From assembly GCF_009914755.1 (NCBI RefSeq), contig NC_060925.1: DNA of 64,000 bases. The stretch is one strand, 5' to 3'. Origin of the DNA: the human T2T-CHM13v2.0 reference genome, Homo sapiens. Of this stretch, positions 1 through 12,431 are shown piece after piece (position 1 is the stretch's first letter; each line of letters starts with the position of its first letter). The position numbers and the translations under genes were made by a program. The notes below the pieces were generated by a model. The model saw only the letters and a list, made by a program, of their open reading frames with translations, was not told the DNA's origin and did no database searches.

Positions 1-551
1 GAGTTCTGTAGATATCCCTTAGGTCCACTTGGTCCAGAGCTGAGTTCAAGTTCTGAATATTCTTGTTAATTTTCTGTCTTGTTGATCTGTCTACTATTGA
101 CAGTGGGTTGCTAAAGTGTCCCACTATTGTTGTGTGGGAGTATAAGTCTCTTTGTAGGTCTCTAAGAACTTGCTTTATGAATCTGGGTGCTCCTGTATTG
201 GATGCATATGTATTTAGGATAGTTAGCTCTTCTTGTTGCATTGATCCCTTTACTATTATGTAATGCCCTTTTTTGTCTCTTTTGATCTTTGTTGGTTTAA
301 AGTCTGTTTTATCAGAGACTAGGATTGCAACCCCTGCTTTTTTTTTTGTTTTCCATTTGCTTGGTAACTATTTCTCCATTCCTTTATTTCGAGCCTATGT
401 GTGTCTTTGCACATGAGATGGGTCTCCTGAATATAGCACACCGATGGGGCTTGACTCTATTCCAGTTTTCCAGTCTGTGTCTTTTAATTGGGGCATTTAG
501 CCCATTTACATTTAAGGTTAATATTGTTATGTGTGAATTTAATCCTGCCAT
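1..551 (-). pseudogene. Disrupted L1 ORF2p endonuclease N-terminus
   Basis: The minus strand reads ATGGCAGGATTAAATTCACACATAACAATATTAACC, the canonical ORF2 start, about 60 nt after the ORF1 stop. The track shows no long ORF here. Confidence 0.85.
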
Positions 552-614
552 TATGATGCTAGCTGGTTATTTTGCCCGTTAGTTGATGTAGTTTCTTCAT
601 AGTGTCAATGGTCT

Positions 615-1637
615 TTACAATTTGGTATATTTTTGCAGTGGCTGGTACTGGTTGTTCCTTTCCATGTTTAGTGCTTCCTTCAGGAGCTCTTGTAAGGCAG
701 GCCTGGTGGTGACAAAATCTCTCAGCATTTGCTTGTCTGTAAAAGATTTTATTTCTCCTTCACTTATGAAACTTAGTTTGACTGGATATGAAAATCTGGG
801 TTGAAAATTCTTTCTTTCAGAATGTTGAATATTGGCCCCCACTCTCTTCTGGCTTGTAGGGTTTCTGCAGAGAGATCTGCTGTTAGTCTGATGGGCTTCC
901 CTTTGTGGGTAATCTGGCATTTCTCTCTGGCTGCCCTTAACATTTTTTCCTTCATTTCAATCTTGGTGAATCTGACGATTGTGTGTCTTGGGGTTGCTCT
1001 TCTCAAGGAGTATCTTTGTGGTGTTCTCTGTATTTCCTGAATTTGAATGTTGGCCTGTCTCCCTAGGTCGGGGAAGTTCTCCTGGATAATATACTCGAAT
1101 GTTTTCCAACTTGGTTCCATTCTCCCTGTCACTTTCAGGTACAACAATCAAATGTAGATGTGGTCTTTTCATATAGTCCCATATTTATTGGAAGCTTTGT
1201 TTGTTTCCTTTCATTCTTTTTTCTCTAATCTGGTCTTCTTGCTCTATTTCATTAAGTTTATCTTCAATCTCTGATACCCTTTCTTCTGCTTGATCGATTT
1301 GGCTATTGATACTTGTGTATGCTTCATAAAGTTTTCATGCTGTGTTTTTCAGCTACATCAGGTCATTTATGTTCTTCTCTAAACTGGTTATTCTAGTTAG
1401 CAATTTGTCTAACCTTTTTTCAAAGTTCTTAGCTTCCTTGCATTGCGTTAGAATGTGCTCCTTTAGCTCGGAGAAGTTTGTTATTACCCACCTTCTGAAG
1501 CCTACTTCTGTCAACTTGTCAAACTCATTCTCTGTCCAGTTTTGTTCCCTTGCTGGCGAAGAGTTGTGATCCTTTGGAGGAGAAGAGGTGTTCTGGTTTT
1601 TTGAATTTTCAGCCTTTTTCTGCTGGTTTCTCCCCAT
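615..1637 (-). pseudogene. Disrupted L1 ORF1p (frameshifts/stops)
   Basis: ATG at 1637. ORF1-like peptides are spread over track ORFs 1353-1817, 957-1172, 773-1147 and 615-920, ending ...LKEALNMERNNQYQPLQKYTKL*. Confidence 0.9.
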
Positions 1638-2318
1638 CTTCATGGATTTATCTACCTTGGTCTTTGACGTTGGTGACTTTTGGATGGGGTCTCTGAGTGG
1701 ACATGCTATTCCTTTCTGCTTGTTAGTTTTCCTTCTAACAGTCAGGCTCTTCTGCTGCAGGTCTGCTGGAGTTTGCTGGAGGTCCACTCCAGATCCTGTT
1801 TGCCTGGGTATCACCAATGGAGGCTGCAGATTACTGCCTGATCTTTCCTCTGGAAGTTTCTTCCCAGAGGGGCACCTGCCAGGTGCCAGCCAGAGCTTTC
1901 CTGTATGAGGTGTCTGTCAACCCCTACTGGGAGGTGTCTCTCAGTCAGGATACACAGGGGTCAGGGTCAGGGACCCACTTGAGGAGGCAGTCTGACCCTT
2001 AGCAGAGCTTGAACACTGCTGGAGATCCACTGCTCTCTTCGGAGACATCAGGCAGGGATGTTTAAGTCTGCTGAAGCTGCACCCACAGCTACTTCTTCCC
2101 CCAGGTGCTCTGTCCCAGGGAGATGTGGGTTTTATCTATAAGCCCCTAAATGGGGCTGCTGCCTTTTTTTCAGAAATTCCCTACCCAGAAAGGAGGAAAC
2201 TAGAGAGGGAGTCTGGCCACAGCAGCGTTGGTGAGCTGCAGTGGGCTGCGCCCAGTTCGAACTTCCTGGCAGCCTTGTTTACACTTTGAGGGTAAAACTG
2301 CCTACTCAAGCCTCAGCA

Positions 2319-2573
2319 ATGGCAGACACCCCTCCCCCAACCAAGCTTAAGCCTCCTAGGACGACCTCAGACTGCTGTGCTGGCAGCAAGAATTTCAAGC
2401 CAGTGGATCTGAGCTTGCTGGGCTTTCTGGTGGTGGGACCCACCGAGTCAGACCACTTGGCTCCCTGGCTTCAGCTCTCTTTCCAGGGGAGTGAACTGTT
2501 CTGTCTCGCTGGCGTTCCAGGCACCACTGGGGTATGGAAAAAAACTCCTGAAGCTACCCAGTTTTGTGCTTGA
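2319..2573 (+). CDS. Putative L1 ORF0-like antisense ORF (84 aa); expression unproven
   Basis: MADTPPPTKLKPPRTTSDCCAGS... resembles the L1HS ORF0 N-terminus (MAGAPPPASLPPCSLISDCCASN). The start context is gcaATGG, inside the L1 5'UTR. Confidence 0.45.
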   Translation: MADTPPPTKLKPPRTTSDCCAGSKNFKPVDLSLLGFLVVGPTESDHLAPWLQLSFQGSELFCLAGVPGTTGVWKKTPEATQFCA

Positions 2574-2907
2574 AACCCCGGGCCCTGGTAGCATAGGCAC
2601 CAGAGGGAATCTCCTGGTCTGTGGGTTGCAAAAACCATGGAAAAAGTGCAGTATCTTGGCTGGAGTGCACTGTTCCTCAGACACAGTCCCTCACGACTTC
2701 CCTTGGGTAGGGGAGATAATTCTCTGACCCCTTGTGCTTCCCGGGTGAGGAGACACCCCACCCTGCTTTGGCTCACCCTCCATGGGCTGCACCCACTGTC
2801 CAACCATTCCCAATGAGAAGAAACATGTACCTGAATTGGAAATGCAGAAATCACCCACCTTCTGTGTCGATCTCACTGGGAGCTGCAGACTGGAGCTGTT
2901 CCTATTT

Positions 2908-2917
2908 GGCCATCTTG
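2908..2917 (-). promoter_or_regulatory. L1 5'UTR YY1 site
   Basis: CAAGATGGCC on the minus strand at the L1 5' terminus. Confidence 0.75.
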
Positions 2918-2920
2918 CCC

Positions 2921-4430
2921 TTATATATTTTTTAAAGTTATTTATTTATTTGCATTCGTTTTTCAGAGAAGTTTTAAATTCACCGCAAAATTGAGTAGAA
3001 GATACAGAGATTTCATATTTCTTCCCTGCTCCTACATATACACAGCCTCCTTCATTGTCTCAGTCTGTTTTGTGCTGCTATGTAAGAATACCATAATATA
3101 AGAATACCATATACCACACCATATATAAGAATACCATAGGCAGAGTAATTTATAATGATTTATAATGAGCAGAAATTTATTTTTCACAGGTCTGCAGGCT
3201 CAGAAGTCCAAGATCAAGGAGCTGGCATTGGATGAGGGACTTCTTGCTGCATCATCCCATGACAGAAGGACAAAGAAAGGGAGGGAGAGAGACAAAGAGA
3301 GAGTGAGAAAGAGAAAGAGGGGGGAAAATTCTCTCTGTCTACCTTTTATAATGAACCTACTCTCGTGATAACTGACCCACTCCTGTGATTGATAATGGCA
3401 TTAATTCATTCACTTGGCCCTCATGTCCTAATGACCGTTCATTAGGCCCCATCTCCCAACACTGTTGCATTGGGATCAAGTTTTCAACACATAGAATTTG
3501 GGAGACACATTCAAACCATAGCACGCATTATTAACAGCCTCCATTAGAGTGGTACATTTGTTACAAATGATGAAACTACATTGACACCTCATTATAACCC
3601 AATATTCATAGTTTATACTATGTTCACTCTTGCTATATTTCATGGGATTTGACAAATGTATAATGACATATATCCACCATTAGGTATCAAACATAATATT
3701 TTCAGTGCCCTAAAAATCCTGTGTTTTGCCCAGTTATCCCTCTCATTCCCCTGACTCCTGGCAACCACTGACCTTTTACGCCTCTATGGTTTTGCCTTTG
3801 CCAGAATTTTACATGGCTGAAAATATATAGTAAGTAGCCTTTTCACAATGGCTTCTTTCACTTAGTAATATGCATTTAACTTTTCTCCATGTCTCTTCAT
3901 GGTTTGATAGCTTCCATCTTTTTACTGCTAAATAATATTTTCTGCTGAATATGCCACAGTTAATTTATGCACCTAGTGAAGAACATCTTGGTTGTTTCCA
4001 AGTTTTGGCAATTATGAATGAAGCTGACATAAACATCTATGTGCAGGTTCTTATGAGGATATATTTTCAACTTTTTTGGGTATATGTCAAGGAGAGTGAT
4101 TGCTGGATTATATAGGAAGAATATGTTACTTTTGTAAGAAACTCACAAACTGTTTTCCAAAGTGGCTGTACCATTTTGCATTTCCACTAGCAGTAAATGA
4201 GAGTTCCTGTTGCTCTATGTCCTCATCAGCATTTTGAGTTGTCAGTGTTCTGAATTTTGGTCATTCTAATAGGTGTGTAGTGGTATTAAGTTACATTTCT
4301 CTGATAACATATAATGTGGAGCATCTTTTCATATATTTAATTTTCATTTCTATATCTTCTTTGGTGAGGTATTTGTTAATATCTTTGTCCCATTTTAAAA
4401 TTGTTTGTTGTGGTTGTTTGTTTTCTTATT
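2921..4430 (-). mobile_element. Old L1 (L1MC1-like) 3' end, interrupted by a MaLR LTR
   Basis: Contains caccgcaaaattgagtagaagatacagagattt...gagtggtacatttgttacaaatgatgaaactacattgacac, the same family as 58185-59200. Confidence 0.8.
3056..3523 (-). mobile_element. MaLR solo LTR (MST/MLT1A-like)
   Basis: Termini tgtctcagtctgttttgtgctgcta...cattcaaaccatagca. The TSD is degenerate (ttcat/cgcat). Confidence 0.88.
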
Positions 4431-5108
4431 GTTTAGTTTTTTTTTTAACTTTTATTTTAGGTTGGGGGTGTGTGTGTAGGTTTGTTATATAGGTAAACTC
4501 GTGTCACAGGGTTTTCTTGCATAGACTATTTCATCACCCAGATACTAAGCCTAGTGCCCAATAGTTATTGTTTCTGCTTCTCTCCCTCCTCCCACCCTCT
4601 ACCCTCAAGTAGGCCCCCGTGTCTGTTGTTCCTTTCTTTGTGTTCATGCGTTCTCATCATTTAGCTTCCACTTCTAAGTGAGAACATGTGGTATTTGGTT
4701 TTCTGTTGTGTGTTATTTTGCAAAGGATAATAGCCTCCAGCTCCATTTATGTTCCTGAAAAAGATGTGATCTCACTCTCTTTTATGGCTGCATAATAATC
4801 CATGGTGTATATGTGCCACATTTTCTTTATTCAATCTGTCATTGATGGGCATTTAGGTTGATTCCAGGTCTTTGCTACTGTGAATAGAGCTGCAATAAAG
4901 ATTCCTGTGCATGCATCTTTATGGTAGAATGATTTATATTCTTCTGGGTATATACCCAGTGATGGGATTGCTGGGTTGAATGGTAGTTCTGTTGTTAGCT
5001 TTTTGAGGAATCACCATACTGCTTTCCACATGGTTGAAATAGTTTACACTCTCACCAACTGTGTATAGGTGTGATCTTTTGTCAGCAACCTTGGCAGCAT
5101 CTGTTATT

Positions 5109-5226
5109 GTTTTGACTTTTTAGTAATAGCCATTCTGACTGTTGTGAGATGGTATCTCATTGTGGTTTTGACTTTTAGTAATAGCCATTCTGACTGTTGT
5201 GAGATGGTATCTCATTGTGGTTTTGA
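5109..5226. repeat. 55/56-bp tandem duplication inside L1
   Basis: gttttgacttt(t)tagtaatagccattctgactgttgtgagatggtatctcattgtg occurs twice, followed by gttttga. Confidence 0.95.
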
Positions 5227-7129
5227 TTTGCATTTCTCTAATGATCAGTGATGTTGAGTTTTTTTAAATATACTTCTTGGCTACACGTATGTCTTTTTTT
5301 GAAAATTGTCTGTTATGTTCTTTGCCCACTTTTTAATGGGGTTGTTTTTCTCTGGTAAATTTGCTTAAGTTCCTTAGAGATGCTGGATATTAGACTTTTT
5401 TCAGATGCATGGTTTGCAAAAGTTTTCTCCTATTCTGTAAGTTGTCTGTTTACTCTGTTGACAGTTTCTTTTACTGTGCAGAAGCTCTTTAGTTAATTAG
5501 TTTCCATTTGTCAATTTTTACTTTTGTTGCCATTGCTTTTGGTGTCTTTGTCATGAAATCTTTGCCTATTCTTATGTCCAGGATTCCTATTGCCTAAGTG
5601 GTCTTCCAGGGTTTTTATAGTTTTTGGTTTTACATTTAAGCCTTTAATCCATATTGAGTTAATTTTTGTATATGGTGTAAAAAAGTATTCCAGTTTCAAT
5701 CTTCTGCATATGGCTAGCCAGTTATTTCAGCACCATTTATTGAATAGGGAGTCTTTTCTACATTGCTTGTTCTTGTCAGCTTTGTCAAAGATCATATGGT
5801 CATAGGTGTGCATCCTTATTTCTGGACTCTCTATTCTGTTCCATTGGTCTATGTGTCTGTTTCTGTACTAGTACCATGTTGTTTTGGTCACTGTAGCGTT
5901 ATGGTATGGTTTGAAATTGGGTAATGTGATACCTCCAGCTTTGTTCTTTTTGCTTAGGATTGCCTTGGCTATTTGGGTTCTTTTTTGGCTCTCTATGGAT
6001 TTTAAAATAGTTTTTTTTTTCTAGTTCTGTGAAGAATGTCATTGGTAGTTTAACAGGATTATCGTTGAATCTGTAAATTACTTTAGGCAGTATAGCCATT
6101 TTAATGATATTGATTCTTCTTTTCCATGAGCCTGAGATGTTTTTCCAGTTGTTTGTGTCTTCTCTGATTTCTTTGAACAGGGTTTTGTAGTTTTCATTGT
6201 AGAGATCTTTCACTTCCCTGGTTAGCTGTATTCCTAGGTATTTTATTCTTTTTGTGGCAGTTGTGGATGGGATTACCTTCCTAATTTGGCTCTGAATGTG
6301 GGTGTTGTTGGTGTATATAAATGCTAGTGGGCTTTATACATTGATTTTGTATCCTGAAACTTTGCTAAAGTTGTTTATCAGCTGAAAGAACTTTTGGGCC
6401 AAGACTATGAAGTTTTCTAGATTTACAGTCATGTCATCTGCAAACAGGGATAGTTTGACTTCCTCTCTTTCTATTTGAATACCTTTATTTCTTTCCCTTG
6501 GCTGATTGCTCTGTTCAGGACTTCTAATGGTATGTTGAATAGGAGTGGTGAGAAAGAGCATCCTTATCTTGTGCTGGTTTACAAGGGGGAATGCTTCCAG
6601 TTTTACCTATGCAGTATGATGTTGGCTATGGGTTTGCATAGATGACTCTTATTATTTTTACATATGGCCCACTCGACACCTAGTTTATTGAATTTTTAAC
6701 ATGAAGGAGTGTTGAATTTTTTCAAAAGCCTTTTATGCATCTATTGAGGTAGTTATGTGGGTTTTTGTCTTTAGTTCTGTTTATGTGATGAATCACATTT
6801 ATTAATTTTGTATGTCAAACCAATCTTGTATCCCAGGGATGAAGTCTACTTGATTCGTGGTGGATTAGCTTTTGATATGCTGATGGATTTGGTTTGCAAG
6901 TATTTTATTTTTGAGAATTTAAAAATTTATGTTCATCAGGGATATTGGCTTGAAGTTAACTTTTTTGTTGTGTCTCTGCCAGTTTTTGGTATGAGAATGA
7001 TGCTGGCCTCGTAGAATGAGTTAAGGAGGAGTCTCTCCTCCTCAATTTTTTGAAATAGTGTCTGCAGGAATGGTACCAGCTCATCATATATCTGGTAGTT
7101 TTTGTCTATGAATCTGTCTGGTCCTGGGC

Positions 7130-7154
7130 TTTTTTTTTTTTTTTTTTTTTTTTT
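7130..7154. repeat. (T)25 homopolymer inside L1 ORF2
   Basis: Read directly from the sequence. Confidence 0.95.
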
Positions 7155-10100
7155 GCTTGATAGGGTATTTATTACTGATTCAATTTAGGAGCTTGTTATT
7201 GGCCTGTTCAGGGAATCAATTTCTTCCTGATTCAGTCTTAGAAGAGTTTATGTGTCTAGGAATTTATCCTTTTTTTTTAGGTTTTCTAGTTTGTGTGCAT
7301 AGACATACTCATAATATTCTCTGATGGATATTTGTATTTCTATGAGGTCAATGATAACTCCCCTTTGTCATTTCTAATGTGTTTATTTGGATCTTCTCTC
7401 TTTACTTCTTTATTAGTCTAGCTAGCAGCCTATTTTATTAATTTTTTTTTCAAAAAACCAACTCCTGGATTTGTTGTTCTTTTGAATGTTTCTTTGTGTC
7501 TCAGTCTCCTTCAGTTCAGCTCTGATTTTGGTTATGATTTGTTTTCTGCTAGATATGGGGTTGATTTGTTCTTGGTTCTCTAATTCTTTCAGTTGTGCTG
7601 TTAAATTAATTTGAGATCTTTCTAACTTTTTGATGTGGGCATTTAATTCTATCATCTTAACACTGCCTTAGCTCTGTCCCAAAGATTCTGGTATATTCTA
7701 TCTGTGTTCTCATTAGTTTCAAAGAACTTTTGATTTCTGACTTAATTCAATTATTTATCCAAAAGTCATTCAGGGACATGTTGTTTAATTTCTATGTAAT
7801 TGCATGGTTTTGATAAATTTTCTTAGTCTTCTATTTTTATTGGGCTGTGGTCTGAGAGTGTGTTTGATATGATTTCAGTTCTTTTGCCTTTGCTGAGGAT
7901 GGTTTTATGTTCAATTACGTGGTGGATTTTAGAGTATGTGCCTTGTGGTGATGAGAAGAATGTATAGACAGTTTTTTTGGGGGGATGGAGAGTTTTGTAG
8001 AGGTCTATCAGATCCATTTGGTACAATGCTGAGTTCAGACCTCAATATCTTTGTTAATTTTCTTCCTCAAGGATCTGTCTAATATTGTCAGTGGAGTGTT
8101 GAAGTCTCCCACTATTATTGTGTGGGAATCTACATCTCTTTGTAGGTCTCTAAGAACTTGCTTTATAAATCTTGTTGCTCCTGTATTGGGTGCATATATA
8201 TTTAGAACAGTTAGGTCTTCTTGTTGAATTGAACCCTTTATCATTATGTAATGCCCCGTTTGTCTTTTTTGATCATGGTTGGTTTAAATTCTGTTTTGTT
8301 TGAAATTAGGATTGCAACCCCTGTTTTTTTCTGATTTCCATTTCCTTGGTTGATTTTTCTCCATCCCTTTATTTTGAGCCTATGGTTGTCATTATGTTTG
8401 AAATGGGTCACCTGAAGACAGCATACCATTGGGTCTTGCTTTTTTTATTTTTTTTTTCCTCCAGCTTGCCACTCTGTGCCTTTTAAGTGTGGCATTTAGC
8501 CCATTTACATTCAAGGTTAGTATTGATATATATGAATTTGATCATGTTATTGTGCTGTTAGCTTGTTATTATGCTGGCTTGTTTGTGTGATTGCTTTATA
8601 GTGTCACTGGTCTGTGTATTTAAGTGTTTTTTTTCTGTTTTTGTATTAGCTTGTAGTTATCTTTCCCTTCTATATTTAGCACTCCTTTCAAGATCTCCTG
8701 TAAGGCAGGTTCGGTGGTAACCAACTCCAACAATATTTGCTTATCTGAAAATGATCTTTTTTCTCTTTCACTTAGAAAGCTTAGTTTTGCTGGATATAAA
8801 ATTCTTGTTTGAAGATTATTTTTCTGTAAGAATGTTGAATATAGGCCCCCAGTCTCTTCTGGTTTGTAGCGTTTCAGCTGAGAGGTCCACTGTTGTGAGC
8901 TTGATGGGGTTCCCTTTGTGGGTGACCTGCCCTTTCTCTTTAGCTGCCTTTAACATTCTTTCTTTCATGTTGACCTTGGAAAGTCTGATGTGTCTCGGGG
9001 ATAATCTTCTTGTATAGAATCTTGCAGGGGTTCTTTGTATTTCCTGAATTTGACTGTTGACCTCTCTAACAAGGTTGGGGAAGTTTTCATGAATGATATC
9101 CTGAAATGTTTTCCAAGCTACTTTCTCCCCTCCTTTTTAGGGATGCCAGTGATTTGTAGATTTGGCCTTTTTACATGATCCCATATTTTTAGAAGGTTTT
9201 GTTCATTTATTTTCATTCTTTTTTCTTTATTTTTATCTGACTATCTTATTTCAGAGAGCTAGTCTTCAGGTTCTGAGATTCTTCCCTTGGCCTGGTCTAT
9301 TCAGCTGTTAATACTTGTGAATGCATTGTGATATTCTTGTATTGTGTTTTTTAGCTCTGTCAGATCCATTAGGTTCTTTCAAATACGAGCTATTTTGTCC
9401 TTCAGCTCCTGTATAGTTTTATTGTGATTCTTAGTTTCCTTGGATTGGGTTTTGCCATTCTCTTGAATCTTGATGATACTCATTTCTATCCATATTCTGA
9501 ATTCTATTTCTATTATTCCAGCCTGTTCAGCCTGGTTAAGAACTCCTGTTGGAGTACTGGTCCAGTCATTTGGAAGACATATGACGCCCTGGTCATTTGA
9601 GTTGCTTGAGTTCTTGCATTGGTTCTTTCTCCTTTCTGCATGTGGCTGTTTCTTTCACTGCAGAGTAGATTAAGTATAACCAATAGAGTTTTTTTTTTTT
9701 TTTTCTGGATGTTTTCACTGCACCATGGCTTTGTGCAGTGTAGCTGACTTCTTGTCCTTGGTTTCATGGGGGTATGTTAGTGAGGTAGTTTTGGTGTTGA
9801 AGCTTTGGGATGTAAGCCAGTAGGTGGTGCTTAGGTGTAGTGGTCAGTCGGTAGGGCTCTTCCTTAATCATGGTTCTTCTATATTTCTTCCAAGTTGCAA
9901 CCGTGCTCCCTCTCAATGCTGCAAAAGTGTGAGTTCTTCTTCCACTTGAATACTGGATGTAGATTATGGCTTGGCACTCTTGGGTTGCCCAGTGCAGCTC
10001 TGGGGCGATCTCAGGGTTTATGTTCCTTCCCCAAGTCGGAGGCAGCAGTGGAAGGGACCTTAGCAGTGGTTGTGGCCAAGGGTCTTTTGCTTGTCTCCTG

Positions 10101-12431
10101 GGGGTTTCACTCCAGAGAGATGCAGGTCAGCAATTGCTCAGTGTAATCAGCCAAGTATGAAGGGTCTGTGCTATGGGCCCAAGCCAGGAGGTTCCCTGTC
10201 TGGTTACAAATAGAGGTTAGGTGGGACCCACGGGAGATGGACTGGACTCCTCTCCTTCAGTCAGCTGAAGCTTATTGATGTGTGGATAAGACACTTAGGG
10301 TCTTTGATCCTTTGTTAGTCCAAGTGTAGCAAAAGCAGTTTTATTGTCGAGGCAGTGGCAGGGAGGCTTTCAGTTGCACCTGGGGGTTCCACCTCCAAAA
10401 CATACAGAGACACTGGTACTGGGAGGGTTCAGCAAGTGGGGTGGGGCAGCTATACTGCTGGCATGAGCTTGGGGTTCCACTTGTTAGGTAGCACGGGGTC
10501 AAAGGCTCACAGGGAGGAGAGTTTGGGCTCCTCTTCGTATAGTGACTATAGTGTGCTGTAAGCTTGGGGGTAGGCTTCAGGCTCTTTGTTTCTTCCCCAG
10601 ACGAAGAGCAGCAGGGCTAGAACTGCTACTGTAGCAGTGGCAGAGGGGCTGTCATCTGCCTTTGGATTCTTCTCTCTGGGGAAACTCTGGGCCACTATCA
10701 GTGGGTATTCTCAGTTGTGGGTGGGGTGACTGTTCTGCATTCATGAACCAGGGCCTTGCCTGGTGAAGGGCAAGGGTGGGGGCTCCCTTGCCTGGTGAAG
10801 AGCAAGGGAAAAGGGGCTGAACTCCTCTCCATATGGTGGCTGCAGTGTGTTAGAGTGCCAGTGTAATGACTAGGCCCTTTGTTCCTTCCCACTCTGAGGG
10901 CTGTTAGGGCTATACCACTGCAACTGTAATGGCAGAGGGTTTGTGGGTTGACTCTGAAATTTCGTCCTCAGAGAAATGCTGGGCTGCCTCTGATTGCAGT
11001 GATGAGGTGGGGGCAGGGTGGTTGTGCTGGAGTTCCAGGTTGGGTGGCCCTGCCAATGAGGAGAAATGAGGACTGAGATCTATGTTGAGAACAGTCTGGT
11101 CATTTTTCTGAGAGGCGGCTGCTCTGTGCTGGGGGTCTGGACCAACCTCTGGTCCCTGCAGACTCTCTTGAGCTTGGAGACAGGAAGGGCAAGGGCTGCA
11201 AGACAGAGAAGATAGCAACCTGCCCCTCCCACTGGGAGCTGTGTCCAGGCAGTTGCAGAACTTCTACTGGCTCCATAGCCCTGCCTGGGAGTGGCTGGAG
11301 GCCTAGCTCTGGAGAACCTGCCTGGTGAGGAGATATGGCATTGGGCACTCACATCACAGTCTGACCACTTTTCTTCAGGGCTGCTGTGGTATGCTAGGTG
11401 TCCACTCCAGTCCCTGGTCACCTTGGATTTTCCAGTACCTGAGGGTATTAATAGCCCCTCTGTCACTGCCATAACAGTGAAGACTGCAAAACAGCAAAGA
11501 TTGTGGCCTGCCCTTCCCTCTGGGAGTTCCATCCCAGGGAGGTATGGACCTGTTGCAAGCTGGAAACACCTGTAGGAGGTGGCTGGACACCCCTGTTGGG
11601 AAGTCCCACCAAGTGAAGAGGAATGGGATTGGGGACCCACTTAAAAAAGCAGCCTGACCATGTTTTCATACAGCAGCTATGCTGTGCTGGAGGTCCACTC
11701 TCAAAAGCCTGAAAGCCAAAATGGGAGCTCTGTTCCAGAGGAAGAAGAGGACTGCCATCTTTGCTATTTGGGATCTCTGGGAGCTCTCCCCCAGGAATTT
11801 TTGAAACCTCTGTTAGCCAGAAAATACCAGTGGAGGTAACTGGGGATCCTGGTTGGGAGATTCTGCCCAGTGAAGAGAAACGGGATTTGCCATCCATGTA
11901 AATAAGCATTCTGACCACTTCTCATAGTGCTGCTGGGCTGTGCTGGGGGACCACTCCAGTCCTTTGTTGCCACGGACTCCTTAGAGACCTAAGGCAACAG
12001 TGGCTGAGGCTGTGAAATAGCAAAGGTGGTGGCCTACCCCTCCCACTGGGGGCTCCTTCACGGGGAGATGTAACACTGTTACTGGGGCTGACTGTAGTTC
12101 CAAGTCAGTGGGTCTTATCCTGTGAGGTGCTATGGAAGCAGGGCCTGCAAACAATCACTGCTCAGCCCCCTGGATTCAGCCCTTTTCCTAAGGGTATGTA
12201 CGGGGGCTAATTGGCCCCCCACCTTGCCCCTTGCTTTGCTGGAGTTTCACCTGCTTTTGCTGAGAAGCCTGGGTATACCCAGGAAAGCTTGGGTATTTAA
12301 GGCCCCTAGGTGTCTGCGTGTGCCTGAGCAGCTGCTCTGCTGAGACTCCAAGTAGCTCTGTGTCAGACTGAATGGCCTGGTGGAGTGTGTTCACAAGAAG
12401 ATCTCCTGACCCAAGAATTGCAAAGATCTGG

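Larger units (their letters stand above)
1..2920 (-). mobile_element. LINE-1 (L1PA7/L1PA8-like), 5' part: 5'UTR, ORF1 and start of ORF2; continues beyond the left edge
   Basis: The minus strand starts GGGCAAGATGGCCAAATAGGAACAGCTCCAGTCTGCAGCTCCCAG, a typical L1PA 5' end. ORF1 peptides include MGRNQQKKAENSKNQNTSSPPKDHNSSPAREQNW and RLTADLSAETLQARREWGPIFNILKE. The ORF2 ATG is at 551. Confidence 0.95.
4431..12431 (-). mobile_element. Near-full-length decayed LINE-1 (L1PA13-16-like) with a long 5'UTR
   Basis: The poly-T/3' end is at about 4435. ORF2 peptides include SLFADDM, MIKGSIQQEDLTVLNIYAPNTGA and [21 protein letters not shown]1 remnants lie at about 8650-9650 and a GC-richer 5'UTR at about 9700-12430. 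Confidence 0.92.

Noticed and set aside
10910-11973. Longest track ORFs (up to 186 aa)
   Set aside because: They lie in the GC-rich, repetitive L1 5'UTR and show no recognisable domain.
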